Shown: positions 35,531-45,162 of the stretch, one piece after another
Position numbering within the stretch: the first letter of the stretch is position 1
How the letters are laid out: each line of letters opens with the position of its first letter
Origin: an uncultured Lentisphaerota bacterium
GTDB lineage: Bacteria; Verrucomicrobiota; Lentisphaeria; Victivallales; GWF2-50-93
Assembly (NCBI GenBank): GCA_903872565.1
Contig: CAIQLG010000012.1
Location: forward strand, 18,337-82,336
DNA: 64,000 bases
Direction of reading: 5' to 3'
Notes under the pieces: model-generated
Databases searched by the model: none
The model's input: the letters and a program-made list of their open reading frames with translations, nothing else
What the model was told of the DNA's origin: nothing
Translations under genes and position numbers: made by a program

Positions 35531-36514
35531 ATGATGACTTCACGTGAACGTGTATTGACAGCTCTCAAGGGCAAGGAGGCAGACAGGGTTCCATTCTGTG
35601 AACAGAGCATAGCGCAGAATGTGGTCATGTCAATAGCTGGAAGAGATAAGGAATTAACTCAAAAAGAAATCTCGAAACTTCTCAAAAGGGATAATGTCGC
35701 CTTTGACCTTACGCCTCCGATATTTGCCAGAAAAGAAATTTCCGATGATGGACAATCTTATTATACAGAAGGACTTATCAAGACACGGGATGATCTGAAA
35801 TTGATGAAGTTTCCTGATCCCAAGGATAAGGAACTTATCGCCAGGGCGAAAGAATTTGTCAAAGGCAAGGAGGATTATGCGGCAGCAGCATCTGTCAGGC
35901 TCGGGGCGGCAGGAATGTTGAACAGCATGGGGGTGGACAATTTCTGCATGGCGCTGGCGGATGATCCGTCGCTGGTTTCCGAGATCCTGGAGAAGTATGC
36001 GGAATGGACGATGTCACTCATGGAATGGGTCAATGAAATAGGTTTTGACCTTGTCTGGTCTTTCGATGATATCGCCTTTAGGACAGCCCCGCTTTTTTCC
36101 CCGGAAGTATTCCGCGAAATTTTTCTCCCTGTCTTGCGAAAGGCATCTTCAACCATAAAACTTCCATGGATTTATCACAGCGATGGAAACCTGATGCCCA
36201 TATTGGATGATCTGTTGACACTGGGCATGTCCGGATTGCATCCTGTTGAGCCTGAAGCGATGGATATAGAAAAACTCAAACTCGATTATGGTCGGCGTAT
36301 TTGCCTGCTTGGCAACATAAATGTCCACCACTTGGCCACGAGGAGCCCGGAAGAAATAGACGAAGAAGTCAAGGAGAGGATTAGTTGCATTGCCTTGGGA
36401 GGCGGTTATATTGTGTCAAGTTCAAACAGCATTCCGTCGTACGCAAAGCCTGAAAACTTTCTGGCGATGGCAAAGGCGATACAGAAGTATGGGAAATATC
36501 CGATTCATTTGTAA
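35531..36514 (+). CDS. URO-D family protein, paralog U5
   Basis: Start trimmed to ATG 35531 (MMTSRERVLTAL, GAGGA SD). The C-terminal half is close to U1. Confidence 0.8.
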   Translation: MMTSRERVLTALKGKEADRVPFCEQSIAQNVVMSIAGRDKELTQKEISKLLKRDNVAFDLTPPIFARKEISDDGQSYYTEGLIKTRDDLKLMKFPDPKDKELIARAKEFVKGKEDYAAAASVRLGAAGMLNSMGVDNFCMALADDPSLVSEILEKYAEWTMSLMEWVNEIGFDLVWSFDDIAFRTAPLFSPEVFREIFLPVLRKASSTIKLPWIYHSDGNLMPILDDLLTLGMSGLHPVEPEAMDIEKLKLDYGRRICLLGNINVHHLATRSPEEIDEEVKERISCIALGGGYIVSSSNSIPSYAKPENFLAMAKAIQKYGKYPIHL

Positions 36515-36612
36515 AAGCCTGAAGTTATAGAGAAAAACATGAGGAAGTGTAACCTCAAGAGCAGGAATAATTTTTGTGTCGGAAATTAAATTTATTCAGG
36601 GATTGCAGCAAA

Positions 36613-38199
36613 ATGCAAAGACTTAACTGTAAACTGCTAAAGAAAACGGACAAGTATTCTCAAAAAGTTGAAGCAGTCAAAATCAATGATTTCCCAGAGA
36701 AAGTCATCCAATTTGGAGAAGGTGCTTTCCTTAGGGGGTTTATGGATTACATGATAAACCGTATGAATGAAGCGGGCGTCTTCAAAGGGAGAGTGATTGT
36801 TGTTCAACCAATAGAGCAAGGTTTATCGGAGGCATTCAATGGTCAAGATTGCCTGTATACTCTTGTTCAAAGGGGAATGGAAGATGGTGGGATATATGAG
36901 AAAATTGAAATAATAACTGCGGGAAGCAGATGTATCAATCCATACACAAGATGGCAGGAGTATATTGCTTGTGCATCCCAATCGGAACTGAGGCTTGTCG
37001 TTTCCAATACAACAGAAGCAGGGATTGCGTTTGTAGATGAAAGAAAACCAGAGGACAATTGCCCGGCTTCCTTCCCTGCAAAGCTAACAGCGTTTTTACA
37101 TGAAAGATATCTTGTGTTTGATGGTGCGCATGACAAAGGCATGATTATGCTTCCATGCGAACTGATAGAACGGAACGGAGATCAATTGAAGGAAATTGTC
37201 TTAAAGCTTTCAGACCGATGGCTGCTCGGTTCCGGATTCAACCAATGGATTAAAGAGAGCAACTATTTCTTGAACACCCTGGTGGATAGTATTGTTCCAG
37301 GGTATCCGAAAGATGAGATAGAAGAAATTCAAACGGAATTGGGCTATGAGGATAAACTTCTGGTAGTTTCCGAGCCTTATCGCTTGCTTGTAATTGAAGG
37401 AGACAGCCGGTGCTCTGAAGAGTTGCCCTTTGCTGCCGCAGGTATAAATGCAGTTTGGACAGATGACATAAGCAAATATAGAAATCTGAAAGTAAGAATA
37501 CTGAATGGCTCACACACAATGACTGCGTTGGCAGCGTATTTGTGCGGCAAAGATACTTTCATTGAGTGCATGGAAGATGAGCTTGTAGGAAAATATATTC
37601 AAAAGGGGATATCCGAGGAAATTGTGCCTTCTATTGAACTTCCTGACAGTATTAAGATGGATTATGCCAACACTGTTATTTCAAGGTTTAAAAACCCATT
37701 TATCAAGCATCCACTATTAAATATTTCACTTAACTCGACTTCAAAATTCACCGTAAGAATTTTACCTTCCTTATTGGCCTACTCTCGCTTGAAAAAGAAA
37801 CTGCCTGACATTCTGTGTTTTTCGCTGGCGGCACTCATAAGATTTTACATGGGAACGGAAGTGGAGGGTTGTGCCTTGATTGGTAAGAGGAATGAAGAAG
37901 TGTATTTGATAAGGGATGATAAAAACAAACTTGAGTTAATGGCAAAGGAATGGAAAGCGTTTAAGAGCCACGGAGATATAAGATTACTTTGCGGCAGACT
38001 GCTGGCCGATGCGGAAATATGGGGAGTGAATCTGGATGGGATAGAGGGCCTGACCTGTAAGGTGGCAGAGCATTTTTCATATATCATGCAAAATGGTATA
38101 AAGGCCGCAATTCAGAAGGTGACTGGAACATGTGAAGTAGCGCCTGCACAGATTTGTGAATGTCAACCACAGATCGCAAACAGCATAGATTGCCATTAA
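36613..38199 (+). CDS. uxaB: Mannitol-dehydrogenase-family oxidoreductase, tagaturonate (altronate) reductase-like
   Basis: FPEKVIQFGEGAFLRGFMDYMINRMNEAGVFKGRVIVVQP matches the UxaB N-terminal signature. Start trimmed to ATG 36613. Symbol is tentative. Confidence 0.75.
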   Translation: MQRLNCKLLKKTDKYSQKVEAVKINDFPEKVIQFGEGAFLRGFMDYMINRMNEAGVFKGRVIVVQPIEQGLSEAFNGQDCLYTLVQRGMEDGGIYEKIEIITAGSRCINPYTRWQEYIACASQSELRLVVSNTTEAGIAFVDERKPEDNCPASFPAKLTAFLHERYLVFDGAHDKGMIMLPCELIERNGDQLKEIVLKLSDRWLLGSGFNQWIKESNYFLNTLVDSIVPGYPKDEIEEIQTELGYEDKLLVVSEPYRLLVIEGDSRCSEELPFAAAGINAVWTDDISKYRNLKVRILNGSHTMTALAAYLCGKDTFIECMEDELVGKYIQKGISEEIVPSIELPDSIKMDYANTVISRFKNPFIKHPLLNISLNSTSKFTVRILPSLLAYSRLKKKLPDILCFSLAALIRFYMGTEVEGCALIGKRNEEVYLIRDDKNKLELMAKEWKAFKSHGDIRLLCGRLLADAEIWGVNLDGIEGLTCKVAEHFSYIMQNGIKAAIQKVTGTCEVAPAQICECQPQIANSIDCH

Positions 38200-38238
38200 A
38201 AAATCAAGAACATTTTGCAATGAAGGTCTAATTACATT

Positions 38239-39378
38239 ATGAAGAAAGAATTTACGATGACTTCTAGAGAGAGAATGAGGGCTGCCGTGGCCCATAAAAT
38301 ACCTGACAGGGTGCCTGTTGATCTCAATGGCCGTGGATCGGCTATCGAGGAGGGCGCTTACAATGATCTGAAAAACTATCTTGGCATAGATGCAGATGTG
38401 CCAACAGTGAATTTTATCCGTTCACATGCCACAATTTCGGATGAGATACTGGATATGTTCAATGTTGATGTCCGCTATGTCCGTAGTGTGCCATCCGAAA
38501 GCTGGCGGAAAGAAGGCGGCGACGAGTTCTTTTTTGATCAGTGGAAAGTGCCGTGGAAAAAGGCGTCGGGCAGCCATTATTTTGATATAGACAGATTTAT
38601 CTTTAAGGACATTACTGAGGATGATATCGACAAGCTATCCTGGCCAGAACTTATTACCGACTGCATGATAGCCAACATCAAAAAGCAGGCAAAGCATTTG
38701 CATGAGACGACAGATTACAGCATTTATACCGACGTATTAGGTTCCGCCATTTTTGAGAGTGCCTGGTATCTCAGAGGCTTTGAACAGTTCATGATCGATA
38801 TGATGGTTGACGAAGGATTTGCCGCGAAATTTCTGCGCAAGGTGCTGGATTTGCAGCTTGATGCCTATGGTAAGCTCTTAAGCGAGACAGCACAATATAT
38901 AGACGGCATATTCGTGACCGACGACCTGGCATCCCAGGAAAGTTTATTAATGTCCAATGAGTTGTATAAAAAAATGATCCAACCCTACCAGAGGGAGCTT
39001 ATTGGCTTTATCCATTCAAAAGGCGTGAATGTGGTTTACCATAGTTGTGGCGCAATATCTCAGATGCTGCCTGATCTGATCGAAGCAGGCATCAATATTT
39101 TACACCCCGTACAGCTTTCTGCAAAAGGGATGGATCCGGACATCCTCAAGAGAGAGTATGGCGATAAGCTGACATTTTGGGGTGGGGGCTGCAATAGTCA
39201 AAAAACACTGCAGTTCGGCTCAGTCCAGGAGGTTAAGGATGAGGTGAAGTTCCGCCTTGAGAGGCTTGCGTCCGGAGGTGGATATGTATTTGCCCCAGAG
39301 CATTGCATCCAGTCAGGAACCCCTCCCAGAAATATTGTGGCCATGTTTGAAACGGTAAAAGAGTTCGGTGTGTATTGA
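38239..39378 (+). CDS. URO-D family protein, paralog U6
   Basis: MKKEFTMTSRERMRAAVAHKIPDRVPVDL... The C-terminal GGGYVFAPEHCIQSGTPPRNIVAMFETV is paralogous to U4. Confidence 0.8.
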   Translation: MKKEFTMTSRERMRAAVAHKIPDRVPVDLNGRGSAIEEGAYNDLKNYLGIDADVPTVNFIRSHATISDEILDMFNVDVRYVRSVPSESWRKEGGDEFFFDQWKVPWKKASGSHYFDIDRFIFKDITEDDIDKLSWPELITDCMIANIKKQAKHLHETTDYSIYTDVLGSAIFESAWYLRGFEQFMIDMMVDEGFAAKFLRKVLDLQLDAYGKLLSETAQYIDGIFVTDDLASQESLLMSNELYKKMIQPYQRELIGFIHSKGVNVVYHSCGAISQMLPDLIEAGINILHPVQLSAKGMDPDILKREYGDKLTFWGGGCNSQKTLQFGSVQEVKDEVKFRLERLASGGGYVFAPEHCIQSGTPPRNIVAMFETVKEFGVY

Positions 39379-39408
39379 TGAAAATAAAAAATTAAAAAAG
39401 GACATGAC

Positions 39409-40734
39409 ATGAACATCAAATTGAAGAAAAGTCTGGCGATGCAGGAAAAGGCGAAAAAGTTAATTCCAGGAATGACACAGCTTTTATCAAAACGCCCTGA
39501 TCAGTTTTCCCTGGGAGTGTGGCCTGGATACTACAGCAAGGCAAAAGGTGTTGAAGTATGGGATTTGGATGGAAACCGCTACGTTGACATGAGCATTGGC
39601 GGCATTGGCGCAAACGTCCTCGGCTATGCTGATCCTGACGTGGATTCCGCCGTCGTGGAGGCGATAAGGAATGGGAGCAGTTGCACTCTGAACTGTCCTG
39701 AAGAAGTGGAATTGGCTGAATTGCTGTGCGAGCTTCACCCGTGGGCAGGGATGGTACGTTATGCAAGGACTGGCGGCGAGGCAATGGCCATAGCAGTCAG
39801 GATCGCTCGTGCCCACACAGGAAAAGACAAGATTGCTTTCTGTGGATACCATGGCTGGCATGACTGGTATTTGTCGGCAAATGTGGGCACAGGAAATGCC
39901 TTGGGTGGACATTTGCTTCCGGGGCTTAATCCTTGTGGCGTGCCCAAAGCCCTGGCCGGAACGTCTTATCCCTTCCGTTATGATCATCTCGAAGAATTGG
40001 AGAAGATTGTGAAAGAACACGGAAAGGACTTGGGCGTTATTGTCATGGAGGCGGTACGGAAGGCGGAAAAACCTGCAGACGGATTTCTGGACGGGGTCCG
40101 TGCATTGGCCGACAAAACCGGAGCGGTCCTGGTTGTAGACGAAATATCTTCCGGATTCAGAATGAATACCGGAGGAGCCCATCTGGTGTTGGGACTGAAG
40201 CCGGACATCGCAGTTTTTTCAAAAGCCATTGGAAACGGTTATCCTATTGCGGCTGTAATAGGGAAGGCGGATATTATGCAGTCGGCACAGAAGACATTCA
40301 TCAGCAGCACATGCTGGACAGAACGCACAGGTCCTGCGGCAGCCATTGCAACAATAAGAAAACACAAGGCCGTCAATGCTGGAAAACATCTTATGTCGAT
40401 TGGCCAGAAGGTTCGCAACGGATGGGAGGAATGTGCAGTACGGCACGGTATGAATATTGAGATAGCCGGCATGTACCCCATGAGCCATTTTACATTCAAG
40501 CATGAGAAACATTTGTCTTTAAAGGCATTGCTCGTCCAGTGGATGCTAGAAAAAGGGTTTTTAGCTTCAACATCTTTCTATGCGATGTATGCTCACAAGG
40601 AAGAACATGTCAGCCTTTATCTGGACGCGGTTGACCAGGTCTTCGCAAAAATCAGTGATGCCATAAAGGATAACAAAATCGACGAACAGCTTGTAGGACT
40701 TCCATCTACAGCTGGATTCAAGAGATTGACATAA
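39409..40734 (+). CDS. Class-III (PLP) aminotransferase, glutamate-1-semialdehyde aminomutase (HemL)-like
   Basis: LVVDEISSGFR and the PLP-lysine context AVFSKAIGNGYPIAAV. Overall HemL-like length and order. Confidence 0.85.
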   Translation: MNIKLKKSLAMQEKAKKLIPGMTQLLSKRPDQFSLGVWPGYYSKAKGVEVWDLDGNRYVDMSIGGIGANVLGYADPDVDSAVVEAIRNGSSCTLNCPEEVELAELLCELHPWAGMVRYARTGGEAMAIAVRIARAHTGKDKIAFCGYHGWHDWYLSANVGTGNALGGHLLPGLNPCGVPKALAGTSYPFRYDHLEELEKIVKEHGKDLGVIVMEAVRKAEKPADGFLDGVRALADKTGAVLVVDEISSGFRMNTGGAHLVLGLKPDIAVFSKAIGNGYPIAAVIGKADIMQSAQKTFISSTCWTERTGPAAAIATIRKHKAVNAGKHLMSIGQKVRNGWEECAVRHGMNIEIAGMYPMSHFTFKHEKHLSLKALLVQWMLEKGFLASTSFYAMYAHKEEHVSLYLDAVDQVFAKISDAIKDNKIDEQLVGLPSTAGFKRLT

Positions 40735-40746
40735 GGAGGCAATATT

Positions 40747-42024
40747 ATGAAAATCGGATTAGGCTCAACAGATATCACTCCGCCTATGGGAATAGAAATG
40801 GTCGGATATCATTATGACCGGCATGCGGAGGATGTCCATGACAAATTATGGGCAAGGACAATCTGCTTTGATGACGGACGGAAGAAGGCGGCCATAATAT
40901 CATGCGACATTTGTTTTTTTGAGAAAAAGACTGTCGATTTGGTAAAGGAAGAAATTGCCGCGCAGAATTTACTGCCATGGAAAAATATCATACTATGCGC
41001 TTGTCATACCCATACCGGCCCGGTGGTTTCCGGTGATTATGAGCGATATCTGGTGAAAAAGATAGCTGAATCATTGAAAACCGCACAGGCCTCCCTAACT
41101 AACGCGACTCTGAGCGCAGGGACTTTCCCTTTGCCCAAGGTGTGTTTCAACAGACGGTATTGGATGAAGGACGGAACGGTTGTCACCAATCCGGGGAAAT
41201 GCAACCCGGGGATAGTCAGACCTGCCGGCCCGGCTCCCACAGAAGCGCCATTTGTCATAATGAACCTGGAGAAGAACAACGGCGCATCCTGTCTTCTTGT
41301 CAATATACCGCTTCATCCTGATACGATCGCAGGGAATCTAATCTCCGCCGACTATCCATATTACATCGCGGATGAAATCAAGAAGAGAATGCCTTCCATC
41401 TCCGAAGTAATATATGCGAACGGAACCAGCGGCAATATTAATCACTGGGATGTGGCAGATCCTGGGCTCCAGCGTGGCTTTGATGAAGCAGAACGGATTG
41501 GCAGGGCGATAGGAAATGCTCTGCTTGCTTCATGCCCAACAGTAAAACCTGCTAAATCCGATTGTATTGCCGTTGAACGGCAGAAAATAAAACTGCCTGT
41601 CATAAAAGTTTCAAAAGAGGAATTGCTCGAGGCAGAAAGGATTTTGCTAAAACCATATCCTCCAGGAGTGGATTTCACGATGGAAGTGGTCCATGCTAAA
41701 AAACTGATCAGGGCAGTTGGAATCAAAGATGACAGTGTCGATGCCGAAATTACCGCTGTTGGAGTAGGAGATATCGTTTTCATAGGGATGCCTGCAGAAC
41801 TGTTTGTCGAACTTGGAATTGAAATAACAAGGAAATCACCATTTCTGACAACTGTCATCATGGATCTTTCTTATGGCTGTATCGGATATATCGCAACACC
41901 TGAAGCATATGAACAGGGCGGCTATGAAGTCGTTTCAAACATCTACAAGCCGGAAGCAGGAAGCATTGTTGTAGATGCGACACTTCAGGTGCTGAATCGT
42001 CTTCGCAGCAAAATCTTGGTGTAG
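40747..42024 (+). CDS. Neutral/alkaline ceramidase N-terminal-domain-like hydrolase
   Basis: MKIGLGSTDITPPMGIEMVGY...DKLWARTICFDDG...CACHTHTGP are motifs typical of this family. No signal peptide. Confidence 0.6.
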   Translation: MKIGLGSTDITPPMGIEMVGYHYDRHAEDVHDKLWARTICFDDGRKKAAIISCDICFFEKKTVDLVKEEIAAQNLLPWKNIILCACHTHTGPVVSGDYERYLVKKIAESLKTAQASLTNATLSAGTFPLPKVCFNRRYWMKDGTVVTNPGKCNPGIVRPAGPAPTEAPFVIMNLEKNNGASCLLVNIPLHPDTIAGNLISADYPYYIADEIKKRMPSISEVIYANGTSGNINHWDVADPGLQRGFDEAERIGRAIGNALLASCPTVKPAKSDCIAVERQKIKLPVIKVSKEELLEAERILLKPYPPGVDFTMEVVHAKKLIRAVGIKDDSVDAEITAVGVGDIVFIGMPAELFVELGIEITRKSPFLTTVIMDLSYGCIGYIATPEAYEQGGYEVVSNIYKPEAGSIVVDATLQVLNRLRSKILV

Positions 42025-42104
42025 ATGAGCACCACCCATCATCCATAATGCTGAAGGTGAGCGGTTCAAGGCAATTTAATAAATCATAAAGGAGCAATGG
42101 AGAA

Positions 42105-42854
42105 ATGATTATTGATGCGCACACACATATGCCAAGCCCTGGCTGGCCAGGACATAACGATTTTTTCCCCACCGTTGGATCTGCGGTGGAATATCTGAAA
42201 AACAAGGAAATTGGCGCTGCACTTTTTAACACATGGCAAGGAGTGTTTGCCGAAACGGCGGACGATGTCAACCGCGCCAATACCGAGGCGTTGCAATTAT
42301 ATGACACATATCAGGGATTTCTTTATCCTGGGGCGGTAATACATCCATCGTTTCCTGAAATATCCAAGCAATGGCTGGACCGTTTCCGCGATCATGGTTT
42401 TATGTGGGTCGGAGAACTAATCCAATACAAATGCAATATCGAATTTAACGAACCCTCATGGCTGTCGCTTTTCGAGTACTGTGCAAAACACGGACATGCG
42501 GTACAATTACATGGAAGCAAAAGCTTAAACGACGTTGCCGCCAGATTCCCTGACATGCAGGTTGTCTGCTCCCATATCAATCTGGATTTGCTCAATGAAC
42601 TCGCTAACAACCGAAATGTGTGGCTGGATGTCAGCGGATCGGTCGGGGGACTTTACCTTGGAGCGATAGAGGCGGCATTGAAATCTTTCGGCGAGAAACG
42701 CATGCTCTTCGGCACCGATTTCACTGGTTATGAGCCGGACGTGTTTATTGCAAGAATTAACCTGGCCATTAAAGACATGAATGCGAGGGAGGCTGTTTTT
42801 TCTAGAAATATAACGGGATTATTGGCAAAAATAGGAAGTCGCCCGATAGGCTGA
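42105..42854 (+). CDS. Metal-dependent amidohydrolase (Amidohydro_2-like TIM barrel)
   Basis: MIIDAHTHM N-terminal metal-binding motif, later HG.. and ..FGTDF. 249 aa. Confidence 0.7.
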   Translation: MIIDAHTHMPSPGWPGHNDFFPTVGSAVEYLKNKEIGAALFNTWQGVFAETADDVNRANTEALQLYDTYQGFLYPGAVIHPSFPEISKQWLDRFRDHGFMWVGELIQYKCNIEFNEPSWLSLFEYCAKHGHAVQLHGSKSLNDVAARFPDMQVVCSHINLDLLNELANNRNVWLDVSGSVGGLYLGAIEAALKSFGEKRMLFGTDFTGYEPDVFIARINLAIKDMNAREAVFSRNITGLLAKIGSRPIG

Positions 42855-42916
42855 GGAAGGTGGTTAAAGTGGGTGAACTCGCCAGTATTTACATGATTAT
42901 TTCTATAGTCATTAGA

Positions 42917-43059
42917 GCTGATTTCAAAATTCTGATTTGCAGTCGCCCCCCGTTGGAGTTCACAACTTTAGTGTGCTTTTTATAGCCTCAATAAGACACG
43001 CTGACCTGTCTGCGTGCAGCGCACAGGCAGAAGCCGTGAACTCCAACATTGAAATCAGC
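42917..43059. repeat. Nested palindromic repeat of the GTGAACTCCA family
   Basis: GCTGATTTCAA (42917..42927) pairs with TTGAAATCAGC (43049..43059). Inner arms TTGGAGTTCACAACTTTAGTGTG and CACGCT...AAGCCGTGAACTCCAA are homologous to the termini of 15334..15568. Confidence 0.65.
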
Positions 43060-43122
43060 TCAAAGAGGCAATTTTGAAATTGCCTCATCATATTAACCCC
43101 TTTAGATTTACAAAGCAAAGGA

Positions 43123-45000
43123 ATGGAGCAAATAAAGATGAAGATCGAAACGGGACTTTTCGACCACATGGTGTTGCAGCGCAACGAGAAAAATGTCAGT
43201 GAAGCCAGGTTTACCGGAACATGCGGCACTGAAGGAGTTGTCACCGCGACAGTAAAATGCGGAAGCGGAACATTGAAAGGCTTTTCAGGTGTCAGAGTTG
43301 GCATAGCCTCACGTGGCCGCATGAACGGATGCATAACTGGTCTTCCGGCAGGCGGACCATACGAAATAGGACTCAAGGTCGGAAGTGAAAATCTTGTCGC
43401 AAAGGATGTCCTGGTTGGAGACATGTGGCTGCTCGGAGGCCAGTCAAACATGCATGGCTGCAGCCTATTTCCTAAAAAACGGCTTCCCCATGATCCGCTG
43501 GTGCGCGCCTTCTACATGGATGACCGCTGGGCTGTGGCGAAAGATCCCGTCCACAACATGTGGGAATGCGTCGATCAGGTGCATATCGACATCAATGGCG
43601 GAATACGCATGCCGAAACCTCCTCCTGACTGGGGCGTATGCCCCGGCCCAGCATTTGCGAACGAAATGCATCGTCTCACCGGAGTACCCCAGGGAATCAT
43701 CCCCTGCGCCCATGGCGGCACATCAATGACACAGTGGGATACTGGCCGCAAGAACGAAGGAGGCAAAACCCTTTATGGCGCACTTGTCAGAAGACTTAAA
43801 AAGAACGGTGGACGCGTGGCTGGAATGATCTGGTACCAGGGCTGCAGCGATACCAATGCCGACAATGCGAAACTCTACACAGAGAGAATGAAGAGGCTTG
43901 TCTCGTCCCTGCGGAGCGACTGTGCTGACAAGGCTCTTCCGGTGGCGATAGTCCAGATCACCCGTGTCATTGGACGGAGCGCTGAGGCGGCAGTCCACTG
44001 GAATTCAATCCAGGAGCAACAGCGGCTATTGCCCCGGTCAATCGGGAACCTTGCAACAGTTCCAGCGATAGATCTGCCTCTTGAAGACTTCATCCACATA
44101 AACGGCGCAGCGCAGTATGTTCTCGGTGTGCGCCTGGCACAGGCTATGGATGTGCTGCGCAAGGGACGGAAAGCCGGACTTCCACAAATAGCATTTAAAA
44201 AAGTTTCAGTGGAAAATGACCACGACCTGGGAACTGCGGTTGTAGAGTTTGAAAATGTAGTCGGCGCCTTGCGCTCTGGTTCCAGACCCGCCGGATTCAC
44301 TATTGTCAATGAGAATGGCTCTGCCAACCACTTTGATGTCGAGCTCGATGGAAAACGTGTCCGCATCCGCAGCATTATTCCTCCGGAGATCTTGGGAACG
44401 GCATTTATCCATTACGGTTATGGGACGGATACTTACTGCAACATCACAGATGAAGCTGGCAGATCACTTCCGGTGTTTGGTCCCATCCGCATTGGACAGC
44501 CTCGGGCCATCACACCGTTCATACGTGAATTAAGAGTGAGCTCCTTCCAGGCTTCTGAAGGCAAGCTCAATAAACTGAAATATCCTGCAAATCTTGACTC
44601 GCTGAATATGCAAAAACGATGTTTTGCCAACGACTTCCTCAATCTCCGTATGGAAATTGCAAGTCAAGGTGCCATTGACAAAGTTGTGTACTACGCCTGC
44701 AAGTTCTCTTGTGTTGAGTCAATGCGTCTTTCTCTGATTCTCGGCTATGACGGACCGCTAAAGGCTTGGGTCGATGGGAAGCAGATATCCCACGATCCAA
44801 ATGGCCGCAATCCAGTAGCATCTTCAAGAGGCCAGGCAAAATTTTCAGCGGCTGCCGGCGCTCACGAGATTCTTGTAGCCCTTGGAACGAATCATGGCAC
44901 TGCATGGGGAATCTTTGCCCGCCTCGAACGACTTGACGTGAAAAAACAGCTGCTGCTCAAGGGGAAAGAACACTATGCAATGCCCGCACTCATGGGGTAA
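43123..45000 (+). CDS. SASA-family carbohydrate esterase (sialate O-acetylesterase-like) with C-terminal extension
   Basis: GDMWLLGGQSNMHG nucleophile motif, later WYQGCSD and IHI. ATG 43138 (MKIETGL) is an alternative start. Confidence 0.75.
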   Translation: MEQIKMKIETGLFDHMVLQRNEKNVSEARFTGTCGTEGVVTATVKCGSGTLKGFSGVRVGIASRGRMNGCITGLPAGGPYEIGLKVGSENLVAKDVLVGDMWLLGGQSNMHGCSLFPKKRLPHDPLVRAFYMDDRWAVAKDPVHNMWECVDQVHIDINGGIRMPKPPPDWGVCPGPAFANEMHRLTGVPQGIIPCAHGGTSMTQWDTGRKNEGGKTLYGALVRRLKKNGGRVAGMIWYQGCSDTNADNAKLYTERMKRLVSSLRSDCADKALPVAIVQITRVIGRSAEAAVHWNSIQEQQRLLPRSIGNLATVPAIDLPLEDFIHINGAAQYVLGVRLAQAMDVLRKGRKAGLPQIAFKKVSVENDHDLGTAVVEFENVVGALRSGSRPAGFTIVNENGSANHFDVELDGKRVRIRSIIPPEILGTAFIHYGYGTDTYCNITDEAGRSLPVFGPIRIGQPRAITPFIRELRVSSFQASEGKLNKLKYPANLDSLNMQKRCFANDFLNLRMEIASQGAIDKVVYYACKFSCVESMRLSLILGYDGPLKAWVDGKQISHDPNGRNPVASSRGQAKFSAAAGAHEILVALGTNHGTAWGIFARLERLDVKKQLLLKGKEHYAMPALMG

Positions 45001-45162
45001 ATTCATTAATGCAAATTACTCTATATTTCAACATCTATGAAAAATCATTGTTGTTGATTTTCCCCCTTAATGATCCTTGAAAGTTTGCCTGCGGGAACTT
45101 ATGTTAACAAACTGAATATATACCTTTGATCTTCAAAATGCTCAAAAGTAAGGGAAGTTAAT

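Noticed and set aside
30909-40734. Reading the URO-D-like genes plus the HemL-like aminotransferase as a heme biosynthesis (hemE/hemL) cluster
   Set aside because: Six divergent URO-D paralogs, no hemA/B/C/D/N/G/H, and a context of sugar dehydrogenases, transketolase and esterases argue against tetrapyrrole synthesis. I kept family-level names only.
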